Part shown: piece by piece, positions 29,201 to 38,250 of the stretch | How positions within the stretch are numbered: the first letter of the stretch is position 1 | How the letters are laid out: the number at the start of each line of letters is the position of its first letter | NCBI GenBank assembly: GCA_014728115.1 | Contig: WJME01000045.1 | Span: 120,775 to 184,774 of the forward strand | Direction: 5' to 3' | DNA: 64,000 bases | From: Candidatus Zhuqueibacterota bacterium | GTDB lineage: Bacteria; Zhuqueibacterota; Zhuqueibacteria; Residuimicrobiales; Oceaniaggregativiventaceae | Notes under the pieces: model-generated | Database searches by the model: none | Told to the model about the DNA's origin: nothing | Seen by the model: only the letters and a program-made list of their open reading frames with translations | Made by a program: the position numbers and the translations under genes

Positions 29201-30095
29201 GTTGACTCAACTCTATATCCCTTTCGACGATCCGCATAGATTCCTGGAGTGATATTTCCTCCCCCTTTATCATATTGTCGATGGTTGTCTGAATCTTTTG
29301 GCAGGTGAGTTCAAAGGGATGAGCTGAATGATGAAAAGCATGAAAGCATATTTTTTGAATTAAATAAAGCATGCCAGATGTAGATTCACACAAGAGTCGA
29401 ATCACACCACTTTCCATGGGAAAATCCATTTGACCGCATATTCTATTCAGCCATCGCTCAATGTCGTCATTTTGCAAATCCTTTACTCTGATCATGGATA
29501 GATGATCGATAAGAGGATTATGCGATGTGGTGTCTGGGGCTTGCAAGTCCATAGCCCCACTCAAAATCGTACAAAAACTATTCAATTCATGGTCAATATC
29601 ACGCTCGGCATAAATGGATGCTAAAATGCGAAAAAAGCGATGCAAAAAAGCTGGTGGCAAATATTCCATTCCATCAAAGACTAAAATAGGCTTTTCATTA
29701 TTATCGAATCCCTTCAATACTTTCCGTAAACATTCGAGAAATTCATGATCACTGCCAAATTTCGCGGGTAATGGAAAAGAGCTGGATTGATTCGGAGAGT
29801 GTATGATTTGCAAAAGGCTGGAATAGAAATGTGAAAAGGAAGCCTTGTCCAGATGTTGAACTCTGATAAATTTTATGCGATTTTCCTGTTTCTTATTTTT
29901 GAGCTCATGATAGAACTGTAACAATAAAGTGGTTTTTCCGACTTTGCGAGGCCCTGTGATCGCAAACCATTGACCTGAATAAACACCACGGATCATTTTC
30001 TCTATGAGATCTGTTCTTTTAATCATAACGGAACGATGATCCAAAGAGTTCAGAGGACCTTGATAATGAAAAGGATTTTGAGAGGATAACGTCAT
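26259..30095 (-). CDS. Hybrid P-loop NTPase (ATPase_2/STAND-like) - multi-GAF - histidine kinase, 1,278 aa
   Basis: Walker A 'GPRKVGKTTLL', Walker B-like 'ILVFDGMEYL'; at least three GAF-like segments; HisKA H-box 'GISHDIRT', N-box 'NLIMNAFDSM', G-boxes 'DSGEGI'/'GSGLGLAICKRIV'. Confidence 0.8.
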   Translation of the reverse strand: MTLSSQNPFHYQGPLNSLDHRSVMIKRTDLIEKMIRGVYSGQWFAITGPRKVGKTTLLLQFYHELKNKKQENRIKFIRVQHLDKASFSHFYSSLLQIIHSPNQSSSFPLPAKFGSDHEFLECLRKVLKGFDNNEKPILVFDGMEYLPPAFLHRFFRILASIYAERDIDHELNSFCTILSGAMDLQAPDTTSHNPLIDHLSMIRVKDLQNDDIERWLNRICGQMDFPMESGVIRLLCESTSGMLYLIQKICFHAFHHSAHPFELTCQKIQTTIDNMIKGEEISLQESMRIVERDIELSQRLAQIMDHHTVQKPPDDVHWNRLYFLGLLEQSNQKWKMRNSIYAAILQNNFSFEKRAEIFYRFKEYELSKTCYEQALQKRKMIDSLVGRLGDRTALITQQTDPQSVYRAIIDAIQQIFSPIVACHILVLDKEKQVLRMAAFEGLSPKATLGYIQKVGDGLSGWVAKIGASRFLTAMHWDSFAKEIAILNPDRANEVSALSSLPLKVMGQVIGVLNIYWPDLSTLSAIQQSILTIFASHAAVTIQNVLHYEHVQKTYVDLEAIINLSRKVTNLTGLDFIFDQIVNTVSDISTSQYIFLTYRPVGKQMWAFRFPDDYNTDLVLTDPESENCCAGLTMQRKQMTTVNHLVSKDDLIPSWQGVNVELGIPLVAMGQVLGALNIGLPGNLDLSSQQKSWILILAEQAAMALHNMYLYELAEEKTRQVITLKEIGEALGRDMSLQEILDMISKAALNVVGQGNKASFVLLKDENKHMLEIRAASGEAFAKDFLGFKIRLNEKSLVTWVARKGKYRYIPDVEGEEDYLELYPKIRSELAVPLMFRTDLIGVIDIESTRVNAFSDQDIGLLQVLADSAAVAAKVGELCDVRLKHLQALNTAGLEISSTLELDQVLETIIREALNAIDPYQRFVYLQLIDESGQFLKLQVIKGLDNPDQFIGTTIDVNKGMSGWVVREKRHYLCNNVNEDPNYFSMHRNVASAVCVPILFHDKFIGVLNAESFKENDFGTRELEILKGLASQAGAAIENARLSASLIESQFNLTQALEVSVIGETLAGISHDIRTSSSLIAGEIHWLLRKKRKSELDMTLVMDSLTKMQKYVDRIERMTNDLARRSQQAPPNLELTRVADLIKESVYFVTSQARRRKIELKIDYETLQYSLKWDRNRMKRVFLNLIMNAFDSMPKGGELIIEGAMDDSQHIITVRDSGEGIDPQFIDKVWKPFTSTKTTGSGLGLAICKRIVEHDHSGSITLMSELGVGTRIVMKFKGE

Positions 30096-30502
30096 AATTC
30101 CAGATACTTTACTATAGCTTGTAATACCACCTCGGGATCTTCGGGTTTATTAAAATAGTCTATCACATTTAGCCTTCGACAGGCTTGTTCGACCTGAACA
30201 TCACTCCGTGCGGTTAAAATAAGCACCGGAGTATCAGATGGACAATTTTCGATTTTGCCGTTGCGAATCATTTTTAGTAATAAAAGTCCTACTTTACTGG
30301 CATCTATTTTTGAAAAAACCCCATCGCCCGCAGGGAACATGATGTCCAGGCAAACCAAATCAATCTCTCTAGTCGAAAGATATTCTATAGCCGAGTCACC
30401 ATCAGGGGCAATAAAGCACTCGACCGGTAAATCCGATAACCGGATGACGAGTCCATCAGAAAAATCGATCTCATCCTCTATAAAGAGTATTTGTTTGGCC
30501 AT
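30092..30502 (-). CDS. Stand-alone response regulator receiver domain protein
   Basis: 'ILFIEDE...LVCLDIMFP'; start set at the internal Met 'MAKQILF' (30502), which abuts the stop of the upstream kinase instead of overlapping it. Confidence 0.7.
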   Translation of the reverse strand: MAKQILFIEDEIDFSDGLVIRLSDLPVECFIAPDGDSAIEYLSTREIDLVCLDIMFPAGDGVFSKIDASKVGLLLLKMIRNGKIENCPSDTPVLILTARSDVQVEQACRRLNVIDYFNKPEDPEVVLQAIVKYLEL

Positions 30503-30503
30503 A

Positions 30504-33500
30504 TCAATTCTCCTTGGGAATTTTGGGCAGGATAATCGTAAAGATGGTATCATATCCCTCATAATCCCTTTGACGTTGCGGGTCATCAAAAAATGGTGTA
30601 CTTGCCACTTTAATTTGGCCACCGTGCGCCTGAACGATTTCCTTGCAAATTTTTAGGCCCAGGCCTGTGCCTGGGATATAACGAGTTTTATCATGGACTG
30701 TACCCCGATTGAATCCTTTAAAAATAGTGTCAAAGTTTTGTTCGGGAATACCCTGACCTTTATCCCATATTGAAATATTTATTCGCGTACCATCATCGAA
30801 CCCTTCAACTTTGACATAACGATTAGCATGTGAATATTTTACTGCATTATCCAGTATATTTGATATCACGTGTTCAATTTTTTGTCGATCACAGCGAAAA
30901 GCAGGCAGACGTTTAACATTGTCTCGTATAACGATGGAAATACCTCGTTTCAGGGCTCGGCTCTTGTATGCCTGAGCAGCGCTTTCAATAATATCTTGTA
31001 TTTTTATCGTTTCAAAAAAGTATCCTTCTGCACCCTGACTCAATGAAGGTAATAACAAGGCATTTTGCATCTGCCTCTTGGCGCGCATGATTTCATCGGT
31101 AATCGTGACAAGATACTGATTGATTTGATCATCACTTGAATAGTGTTTATCGACGAACCATCGTAATCCGCTAATTTGACTCAGAATATTATGCAGAGGA
31201 CTTTTAAACTCATGAGCAGTTTCTGCCAGCGTATTCTGCAAATTTTCGATCATGGACTTGTCGCGGGCATTCCGAATGGCAATTGCAGACTGACTGGCAA
31301 AGGTATCCAGGATACGCATTCGACGTTGCAAAACTTTTACGTCTCCATGTACCAAATCCTGCATATCGGAAAGATCTATTTGTAACGTGCCAATGGCCTC
31401 ATTATTTACCAGCAATGGAATGATATACTGGGAGATGATCCCGGCTTTTTGCACGGCTCGTTTGTCGCAAGAAGGATCATTAATACAATCGCTGCTCAGT
31501 TTTGGTTTTTTATTCAGAACAACCTGGCCAAGAATATCATTATGATTGATGCGTCGTTTGGTTTCTGCCTTGATTCTCTGCCAGTTTTCTCCCATGGCAT
31601 ATCTTCCACAAATCCATTGTCGCTTATCATCCACCAATGAGACCATACCCTTTGCATATCCGATAGACGTTAAGGTTTGAAAAATATGATCGATAGCTTC
31701 GTCTTCTCTTTGTGAAGACTGTAAATAGATACTGGCCTGATTGAGCGCCTCGAGTTGAGCTTCCAGAGTACTTCGCAGATCGATATCCATTTTCAATTTT
31801 TGAACAAGCTCGAGTTGTTCCTCTTTCATGTTCACCTGTTCTATACCGATGCCAACCAGATTGACCACTTTACGAAGAATTGTAATTTCATCTTGATCGA
31901 TATTTTCTTTATGATGCTTGTAATATCCTGTTTCCAAAGTTCCAAGAGCTTCTTCCCGCGCCAATATTGGCATTATTACGCGTACTAAATTTTCGTGTCC
32001 AAACTTGTTATAAATTTCAGGATCCAATCGTTCATCCCATCCTGACAATTTTATCATTCTTTTATTCTTGACAACCCAGACTTGAATGTCCTGACTGTTC
32101 ATTGAATGCCATGCGCTTTCCTTCCATTCATCAGGGATATTGCGGCTCTTTACGGTACCTATCATACCCGAGGATTTTTTAACCAGCGAAATGGTGGCGT
32201 AATCGAACCCCATGATTTGTGTCACTGCATCCAAAATACCTTCCAAAATCTGATCAAAATCCAAAGTTTTTGTAATAACCTCGAGTACCATTTCCAAAGC
32301 AGAAAGCTCTCGTATGCTTTGTTCCTGTTTCGAGATCAGCCGTACATTATCGATAGCAGTGGCTGCTTGGTTCGCTAGGGTTGTCAAAAAATATGTGTCC
32401 CGCTCAGAAAAGGCATTCTTTTTATCGCTTGTCACACTAATGATACCGATCACCTGCATGTCATTATGAGAATTAAAGCGTGATTGAATAGGAACCACAA
32501 TTTGAGATTGAACATCATCAAACAGCTTATAATACCTATCCGGCGCCTCAGACAAAACATCATTGGATAGGTAGGGAATGCGATTCTTGAAAACATAACC
32601 AGACATCCCTCTGCTTGTCGGACAGGGCTCTATCTCACCTTCATCACCGCGAACAGAACTGATCGCTCTGACTTTTAATGAATCTGTGGCAGGATCATAA
32701 AGCCGTAAATATACCCGGTTGCTGTTGGGAATCTTGCGGCATTCGGCAACAATCTTGTCAAATACCTTTTTTTCATCATGTGTACTGAGTAGAGAGTCTC
32801 CGACATTGATTAAGGCTTTTATCTCTCTGAGATCTTTTGCCAAGGCAATGGCACGCATAGGTTTACCTTGCCTGTCCATTATGATTCTGGCATTTAAGCT
32901 CACAGGAATAGCAATATCATTTCTGGTCTTGAAAAGCGTTTCATGATTGGTCAGACTATGATCACGGGAGCTTCTCAAAGTGGAAAACACCCGATCCGCT
33001 TTTTGTCTCGCCGTAGAAACATGGTCTGAAGCAAAATAATCCTCCACGCGATGTCCTATCAGATCTCCGAACCACTCTTTTGCACATTCATTCATGTATT
33101 CTATCACCCCGCGGGCATCGGTGATGACGGCAAAATCAGGGATATTCTCAATTAATAGTTCATAGTTCTTTAAATAAGATCTCAAATCGGCATCGCTTAA
33201 TATTTTTTGCAATTGGGTGGCTAAAATTCTAATAAAAAACTCGTCAGATTCCGGACTAAACCCTAATGATTGGTGAGCCTGGCCTTCAGCATCTTTTTTG
33301 TTATAAGTAATCAAGAGCCCGTTTAATGATTGGTCCGAGTGTAATAAAGGACAAACCAACTCGGAGAAAAGCTCCCGAGAGGGCAAAAACTTTGCGCCTT
33401 CATGACGATTTTTTATAGCCGGATGATCCCACAGCGTCTTCCCATGGGCATTAAAGACCTTTTTTTGAAACGCAAGATACCCTGTTAGGCCTTTTCCCTT

Positions 33501-34478
33501 TTGATTATGAATATTCAAACGCACCCGATAGTGTTTGAACCCACTTTGAATACCATCATTAAAATAACTAATCTGATGAACCAGTCTGTTTTCTTCGACA
33601 GAGAAAAAGCTGCAACATTCTGAATCCAAAACAAGCGCAGTATGTTTAACGAGAAAGTTAATCTTTTCTTTCAGTGAATAGTTCTCATCGATAGATAACA
33701 GGTGTTTGCTGATGTCACTCAATATCGACAGTTTTTTTAACATACGCCCTTTACGATCCAGTTCGGTGGCCAGCGTGGACACATAATGACTCAATTCATC
33801 TATTTGGATCGACCGGTTTTTTTGTGCACATAAATAAACACCAGCAAGATGCGCGATCATCTTTGCCAAAGGTAACCGTTCTTTACAAAGCAATCGATCC
33901 AAACTAAAGAAAACAATGCCGTTGAGTTGACCCTGCTCGAAAAAAGGAAAAGCCTGATAATAGGTACCCGACAAAAGCTGTAAAAATGGATCATCACTGC
34001 TTTTGGAGAATTGTCCGTGTACAATCTCACCATCGAGTGACTTGTGACCCAATTCACGCATAAAGTCTGATTCTCTCCACAACAAACCAGGCTGATCATC
34101 TCTGTTGGAATGGTATAGAATATCAAGACCTGAATGATTGGGTCCTGTAGTCAAAATGATCATATCTGAAAAAGTGAACAGACTTGCAGCAGTTTTGAAT
34201 ATTTCCTGCGCCATGTGTTCATGAAGAGTGAGATTTTGAAGAGATTCCTGCAAAGATAACAGACGTTCAATAGATGCTTGAGGGATCATCGGGTACCCCC
34301 GCTTCTGATAATGGACAATAGCATTCGGATCAGGGCAGGGGATCGTACCGGGCAGGTACATAAGATTTGAAAAGAGTAGGGTTGCATAAAAACCGTTGTT
34401 TGAGAGTGAGACAAAAATTGCACCCGTCAAAATCCACGGCCCATAAAACAAACTATTTCTTTTTTCTGTTTTATGCAA
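30504..34478 (-). CDS. Membrane-anchored multi-GAF/PAS sensor histidine kinase, 1,324 aa (TTG start)
   Basis: N-terminal TM helix; repeated GAF/PAS-like modules; H-box 'HEFKSPLHNI', N-box 'NILDNAVKY', G-boxes 'DKGQGIP'/'GTGLGLKICKEIV'. Confidence 0.8.
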   Translation of the reverse strand: MHKTEKRNSLFYGPWILTGAIFVSLSNNGFYATLLFSNLMYLPGTIPCPDPNAIVHYQKRGYPMIPQASIERLLSLQESLQNLTLHEHMAQEIFKTAASLFTFSDMIILTTGPNHSGLDILYHSNRDDQPGLLWRESDFMRELGHKSLDGEIVHGQFSKSSDDPFLQLLSGTYYQAFPFFEQGQLNGIVFFSLDRLLCKERLPLAKMIAHLAGVYLCAQKNRSIQIDELSHYVSTLATELDRKGRMLKKLSILSDISKHLLSIDENYSLKEKINFLVKHTALVLDSECCSFFSVEENRLVHQISYFNDGIQSGFKHYRVRLNIHNQKGKGLTGYLAFQKKVFNAHGKTLWDHPAIKNRHEGAKFLPSRELFSELVCPLLHSDQSLNGLLITYNKKDAEGQAHQSLGFSPESDEFFIRILATQLQKILSDADLRSYLKNYELLIENIPDFAVITDARGVIEYMNECAKEWFGDLIGHRVEDYFASDHVSTARQKADRVFSTLRSSRDHSLTNHETLFKTRNDIAIPVSLNARIIMDRQGKPMRAIALAKDLREIKALINVGDSLLSTHDEKKVFDKIVAECRKIPNSNRVYLRLYDPATDSLKVRAISSVRGDEGEIEPCPTSRGMSGYVFKNRIPYLSNDVLSEAPDRYYKLFDDVQSQIVVPIQSRFNSHNDMQVIGIISVTSDKKNAFSERDTYFLTTLANQAATAIDNVRLISKQEQSIRELSALEMVLEVITKTLDFDQILEGILDAVTQIMGFDYATISLVKKSSGMIGTVKSRNIPDEWKESAWHSMNSQDIQVWVVKNKRMIKLSGWDERLDPEIYNKFGHENLVRVIMPILAREEALGTLETGYYKHHKENIDQDEITILRKVVNLVGIGIEQVNMKEEQLELVQKLKMDIDLRSTLEAQLEALNQASIYLQSSQREDEAIDHIFQTLTSIGYAKGMVSLVDDKRQWICGRYAMGENWQRIKAETKRRINHNDILGQVVLNKKPKLSSDCINDPSCDKRAVQKAGIISQYIIPLLVNNEAIGTLQIDLSDMQDLVHGDVKVLQRRMRILDTFASQSAIAIRNARDKSMIENLQNTLAETAHEFKSPLHNILSQISGLRWFVDKHYSSDDQINQYLVTITDEIMRAKRQMQNALLLPSLSQGAEGYFFETIKIQDIIESAAQAYKSRALKRGISIVIRDNVKRLPAFRCDRQKIEHVISNILDNAVKYSHANRYVKVEGFDDGTRINISIWDKGQGIPEQNFDTIFKGFNRGTVHDKTRYIPGTGLGLKICKEIVQAHGGQIKVASTPFFDDPQRQRDYEGYDTIFTIILPKIPKEN

Positions 34479-34552
34479 CCCTTTTTACCCCATCAAAAAT
34501 CGCCACAATTGTGACTCAGACCAGCAGGTGTCGGTTGGAATAACCGGACGCT

Positions 34553-34693
34553 TTACCACACATTAAAAAAGTCGGGGTAGCTGGCAACAAGGAACAATGC
34601 GGCTAAAAAACCCAAGACAAAAATAAAAAATGCCAGCTTGATCAAAGTCCAAATTGCATTGCTCACATTAAACAAGAATCCGATTATACCCAT
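34553..34693 (-). CDS. 46-aa hydrophobic membrane peptide (MGIIGFLFNVSNAIWTLIKLAFFIFVLGFLAALFLVASYPDFFNVW); below the ORF-track cutoff
   Basis: ATG at plus 34691-34693 preceded by 'aaagggggta' SD-like run; first gene after the candidate sigma-54 promoter; 75 nt upstream of the kinase. Confidence 0.45.
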   Translation of the reverse strand: MGIIGFLFNVSNAIWTLIKLAFFIFVLGFLAALFLVASYPDFFNVW

Positions 34694-34757
34694 GGTACCC
34701 CCTTTCTTGTGAAAATCAAGATTATGTGAGTACCTCTTTATCCTCTACAATGGGTAA

Positions 34758-34773
34758 AGCAAGTCGCATGCCA
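34758..34773 (-). promoter_or_regulatory. Candidate sigma-54 promoter TGGCAT-GCGAC-TTGCT driving the signalling operon
   Basis: Reverse complement of plus 34758-34773 = TGGCATGCGACTTGCT (GG-N10-GC); about 65 nt upstream of the small-peptide ATG. Confidence 0.45.
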
Positions 34774-35021
34774 AAGTCACAGGGAAGCGGATATTTGAAA
34801 AAAGCTATTGTTTTTATTAATATTATAATCTACATTGAATTGGTGATCCATCACACATAGCCGGGGCAAAAAAACCCCACATCGATAAATTTACCTCAGC
34901 GCAAGTGGGGTAAAAAAACACCAACACCCTTATACTGAAATGAGGATAAAACAGAGCCCAGAAACTGTTATAACAAATCGAGATTCTCTGATTACATTTA
35001 CAATGCTTCACAGGTTCTGCT

Positions 35022-36719
35022 ATGAAGAGACACATTCATTTTTTATTCTTTATCTTTGCACTGACCAGCTTTTCATGTAACGCCTTAAAACCGGATGAAG
35101 AGCCGGCCGAAACCGCCTTTCAGGTGCCTGTAAGCAGTATTATATCCGGCCAATTTCGGGAAATAGTTTCAGGATTGCCCATTGAAGATCAACCCATTCA
35201 GGTGACGCTGGCAAGTGATCCCCCCAATATCATTATCAACCTGGACAATCAACCGATCAAAGGCCTGCTTACCTCCAATAGCAGGTTGAGCTTTGCACTG
35301 GATAGTGATGTGGAACCCAATGAAAACAATCCCATTTATATTCACCTCTCTGCAAAAACAGATGGCTATATAGACTGGCAGCAAACGTTAAAAATTATAA
35401 ATCCAAAACCGACAAGCTTTTACGCAGATCTGGTGCCTGTTGGTTCTCCTCCCCCTGGAATCCTTTTAGAAAAAGCATCAATTCAACTAGACTCCCACGG
35501 TAGAATTCAATCACAACCTCTTGAAATGATGTTATCATCACCGACAAACGATTTTCGCGTCAAGGCAATGTTACCTGTAGGAACGCGTATCCTTGATAAC
35601 CAAGACACCCCGCTGCAAGGAGAGATCAATGTGACCTTTGTGGTTTACGATGCGAGGAAATCTAAAGCCCTGACCCAATATCAAAATACCTTTGCGACAG
35701 CCATAGATCTGGCAGATAAGAGCAAAAGATTCTCCGGAGTTATCCCTTTTTTGTGGATGGATCTTGACATAATCGATCAATACGGTCGCAAGGGTATCAA
35801 GTTCGATACAGTCAATATTGCCGCGTCCAAACAAACAAAAACTCCCGTGTCATTTGACAAAATTTTGCAGACAATGATGACTCTAAACTCACCCTTTCCC
35901 AATCACGAAACTCGATCCACTCTTCAGGAAGGCGATCATGCAATGGCCTGGAATTATGATCAGAAAACCAAGGAATGGACACTCGGCCAGACGATCGCAA
36001 TCGGATCCGGCTCGACCTTTTCAGATCTCGTAATCAATGCATCTCTGCCTGCGCCTGGACGGTGGGCTTTTGGATGGGTGATTGAACCCTGTCCGGGCGG
36101 ATTTCAACTGAACTTTTCAGGAATTCCCGAAGCTTATCCCTTGCGCATTCTGTTCACCGGAACCCACGGTGGATTTCGGTATGAATCTCAGACGCTATCC
36201 GGACAGCTGAAAATGGATATTCCAATAAACATGGATCTGGACCTCAAAGTATTCGATATACAAGACAGATTAGTGGCAAATCAACCTATACCACAAGCCT
36301 GCCAGGCCGGACAACAAACCGTCGCCGTCAATTCATCGATAGATCAGTTTACCACTATCCGTTTTATCGCAATCGATGGCTTTTGCCCATGCAACGCGGG
36401 AGTCAATCTAAAAATAGCCACTCTTCCGGTCTGGTATCAAGCGGTAAAGCCACAACCACAATCACCATGGGTCTTTGCAGGAATCACACGCAACGGAGTT
36501 GCCGAGATCCGTGGGCTACTGCTCAACACCAGCTATGTCTTTGCGACCTGGTTTGATGGAATCTGGTATTCTGCGCGGGTCAGCCTGGCCGACGACCGGC
36601 CCTTGACAACTTTGGAAACTTTTAGTGCGAATATACAAACCGCCAGCACTCAATGGGATTCTTTGTCATTCGTGATCAGGCTTTCAGAGAACGCATGTGA
36701 AAAATTATGTCAAAACTAG
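35022..36719 (+). CDS. Hypothetical secreted/lipoprotein (565 aa)
   Basis: Signal peptide 'MKRHIHFLFFIFALTSFSC'; no recognisable catalytic motif. Confidence 0.55.
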   Translation: MKRHIHFLFFIFALTSFSCNALKPDEEPAETAFQVPVSSIISGQFREIVSGLPIEDQPIQVTLASDPPNIIINLDNQPIKGLLTSNSRLSFALDSDVEPNENNPIYIHLSAKTDGYIDWQQTLKIINPKPTSFYADLVPVGSPPPGILLEKASIQLDSHGRIQSQPLEMMLSSPTNDFRVKAMLPVGTRILDNQDTPLQGEINVTFVVYDARKSKALTQYQNTFATAIDLADKSKRFSGVIPFLWMDLDIIDQYGRKGIKFDTVNIAASKQTKTPVSFDKILQTMMTLNSPFPNHETRSTLQEGDHAMAWNYDQKTKEWTLGQTIAIGSGSTFSDLVINASLPAPGRWAFGWVIEPCPGGFQLNFSGIPEAYPLRILFTGTHGGFRYESQTLSGQLKMDIPINMDLDLKVFDIQDRLVANQPIPQACQAGQQTVAVNSSIDQFTTIRFIAIDGFCPCNAGVNLKIATLPVWYQAVKPQPQSPWVFAGITRNGVAEIRGLLLNTSYVFATWFDGIWYSARVSLADDRPLTTLETFSANIQTASTQWDSLSFVIRLSENACEKLCQN

Positions 36720-36883
36720 AATAGTATTCATCATGTAGATTCTGAATTTATAGGTGCTGGAAATAATGAGCCGATTATTACAATCCAATTCCCCAAAGGA
36801 ATAAAAAAATGTGTTTTTATGCTCTTTCCTTTTGCATAAAACATAATTGTCCTTTACATTAACGATAGGAGTCGGGGTGGATT

Positions 36884-37327
36884 ATGGGATTTTCGGAAAC
36901 AATGTTGCTCATCGCTCTGTTGCTGATCCTTTTGGATTTCTTTGTAGCAACAGATATTTTGACTCATGCGGCCTATATCATCATCAGTGTCTGGGTAGGC
37001 CTGATCATCGAGGCACACCTCTTTTATCGGATTTTGTTTGGAGTCCTGACTTGGTTTTCTGTTGTGCTTTTTCACTATTTGGTCTGGTCCAAGCTCTTGC
37101 ACCATTTTGTTGAAGAGTATATCATTCCTGACAGATATAAATCCAGCTATGAAACTCTTATCGGATCTTTTGGAAGAGTCAGGCACATTAATCATGCCCC
37201 AATGGTAGAGATTCATGATTCGTTATTCGAATATCGCTCAGAACACCCTTTAAAGGAAAATGCGCTTGTTAGAGTCATTGACTATCGCGAAGGAATCGTC
37301 AAGGTAGAACCCATAGACGAGGAATAA
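36884..37327 (+). CDS. NfeD-like membrane protein (short form; TM + OB-fold)
   Basis: Two or three TM helices then C-terminal beta domain; immediately upstream of an SPFH gene; AGGAG RBS. Confidence 0.7.
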   Translation: MGFSETMLLIALLLILLDFFVATDILTHAAYIIISVWVGLIIEAHLFYRILFGVLTWFSVVLFHYLVWSKLLHHFVEEYIIPDRYKSSYETLIGSFGRVRHINHAPMVEIHDSLFEYRSEHPLKENALVRVIDYREGIVKVEPIDEE

Positions 37328-37329
37328 CA

Positions 37330-38163
37330 ATGTCGATTATTTTTACTGTTCCCCAATCTCACTGCGTAATTATTGAACGATTTGGCAAATTTTCATCAAT
37401 CAAGCACCAGGGACTTGCATTTAAATTACCTATCATCGATGCTATCCGTAGAGTGAGTGAAGACTGGGGTGATGTTGCCAACAAACGCGGATATCTCATA
37501 GAGCTTACAGAACAACAAAGTGATACAGGAAAGCGGATCTGTCAGACTCGAGATAATGTCACGGCGCGAATCGACTCTGTCATTTACTGGCAAATCCTGG
37601 ATCCTCGTGCGGCGCTGTATGAAGTGGACCATCTACCCATTTCCGTAGCAGATAGTGCATTGAATGCCCTGCGAGCTGAGGTGGGTAGCATGCCGCTGGA
37701 CAAACTGTTTAGCGATCGGGAACATTTGAACGAACTTATTGCGACCCACCTTCGCAAAACCACGCAAAAGTGGGGAATCATCATCAACCGGGTAGAGATT
37801 CAGGAAATTGAAACCGATACAGCCACCGTCGACTCTATGCGCCAGCAAATGGATGCAGAGCGAAAAAGCCGGGCCATGGTTCTCGAGGCAGAAGGTCAGG
37901 CGAAATCGATTCTCAGGATTGCCCAGGCAGAAAAACAGGCAGCGATTCTCAGAGCCGAAGGAGATGCCAAAGCCAAAACGATCATGGCTGAAGCAGAATC
38001 TCAATACCTGGAAAAATTGATGATGACCTTACCGGCCAAAGAAGCAGCAAGTATTCTTGTTGCACAAAAATATTTAGAAGGATTTAGAGAAATCAGCAAA
38101 AATGAGGCGGATAAGGTTTTCTTGCCCAATTCTTTCAAAGGACTATTTTCTATTGACACATAA
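37330..38163 (+). CDS. SPFH/band-7 (stomatin/prohibitin-like) protein
   Basis: 'VIIERFGKF...' SPFH core, coiled-coil Ala/Glu-rich C-terminus. Confidence 0.85.
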   Translation: MSIIFTVPQSHCVIIERFGKFSSIKHQGLAFKLPIIDAIRRVSEDWGDVANKRGYLIELTEQQSDTGKRICQTRDNVTARIDSVIYWQILDPRAALYEVDHLPISVADSALNALRAEVGSMPLDKLFSDREHLNELIATHLRKTTQKWGIIINRVEIQEIETDTATVDSMRQQMDAERKSRAMVLEAEGQAKSILRIAQAEKQAAILRAEGDAKAKTIMAEAESQYLEKLMMTLPAKEAASILVAQKYLEGFREISKNEADKVFLPNSFKGLFSIDT

Positions 38164-38250
38164 TTGACCGACACAATCCCCATTTAATCATAACTTTGAA
38201 GGAAAAAACAAAAAAATGCTTGGCCCTGTTCTTTTAATAAAGAGTCTTTT

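Noticed and set aside
34823-35035. 70-aa minus-strand ORF in the divergent promoter region
   Set aside because: It overlaps the hairpin and U-tracts and the start of the 35022 gene, and has no RBS. Judged noncoding.
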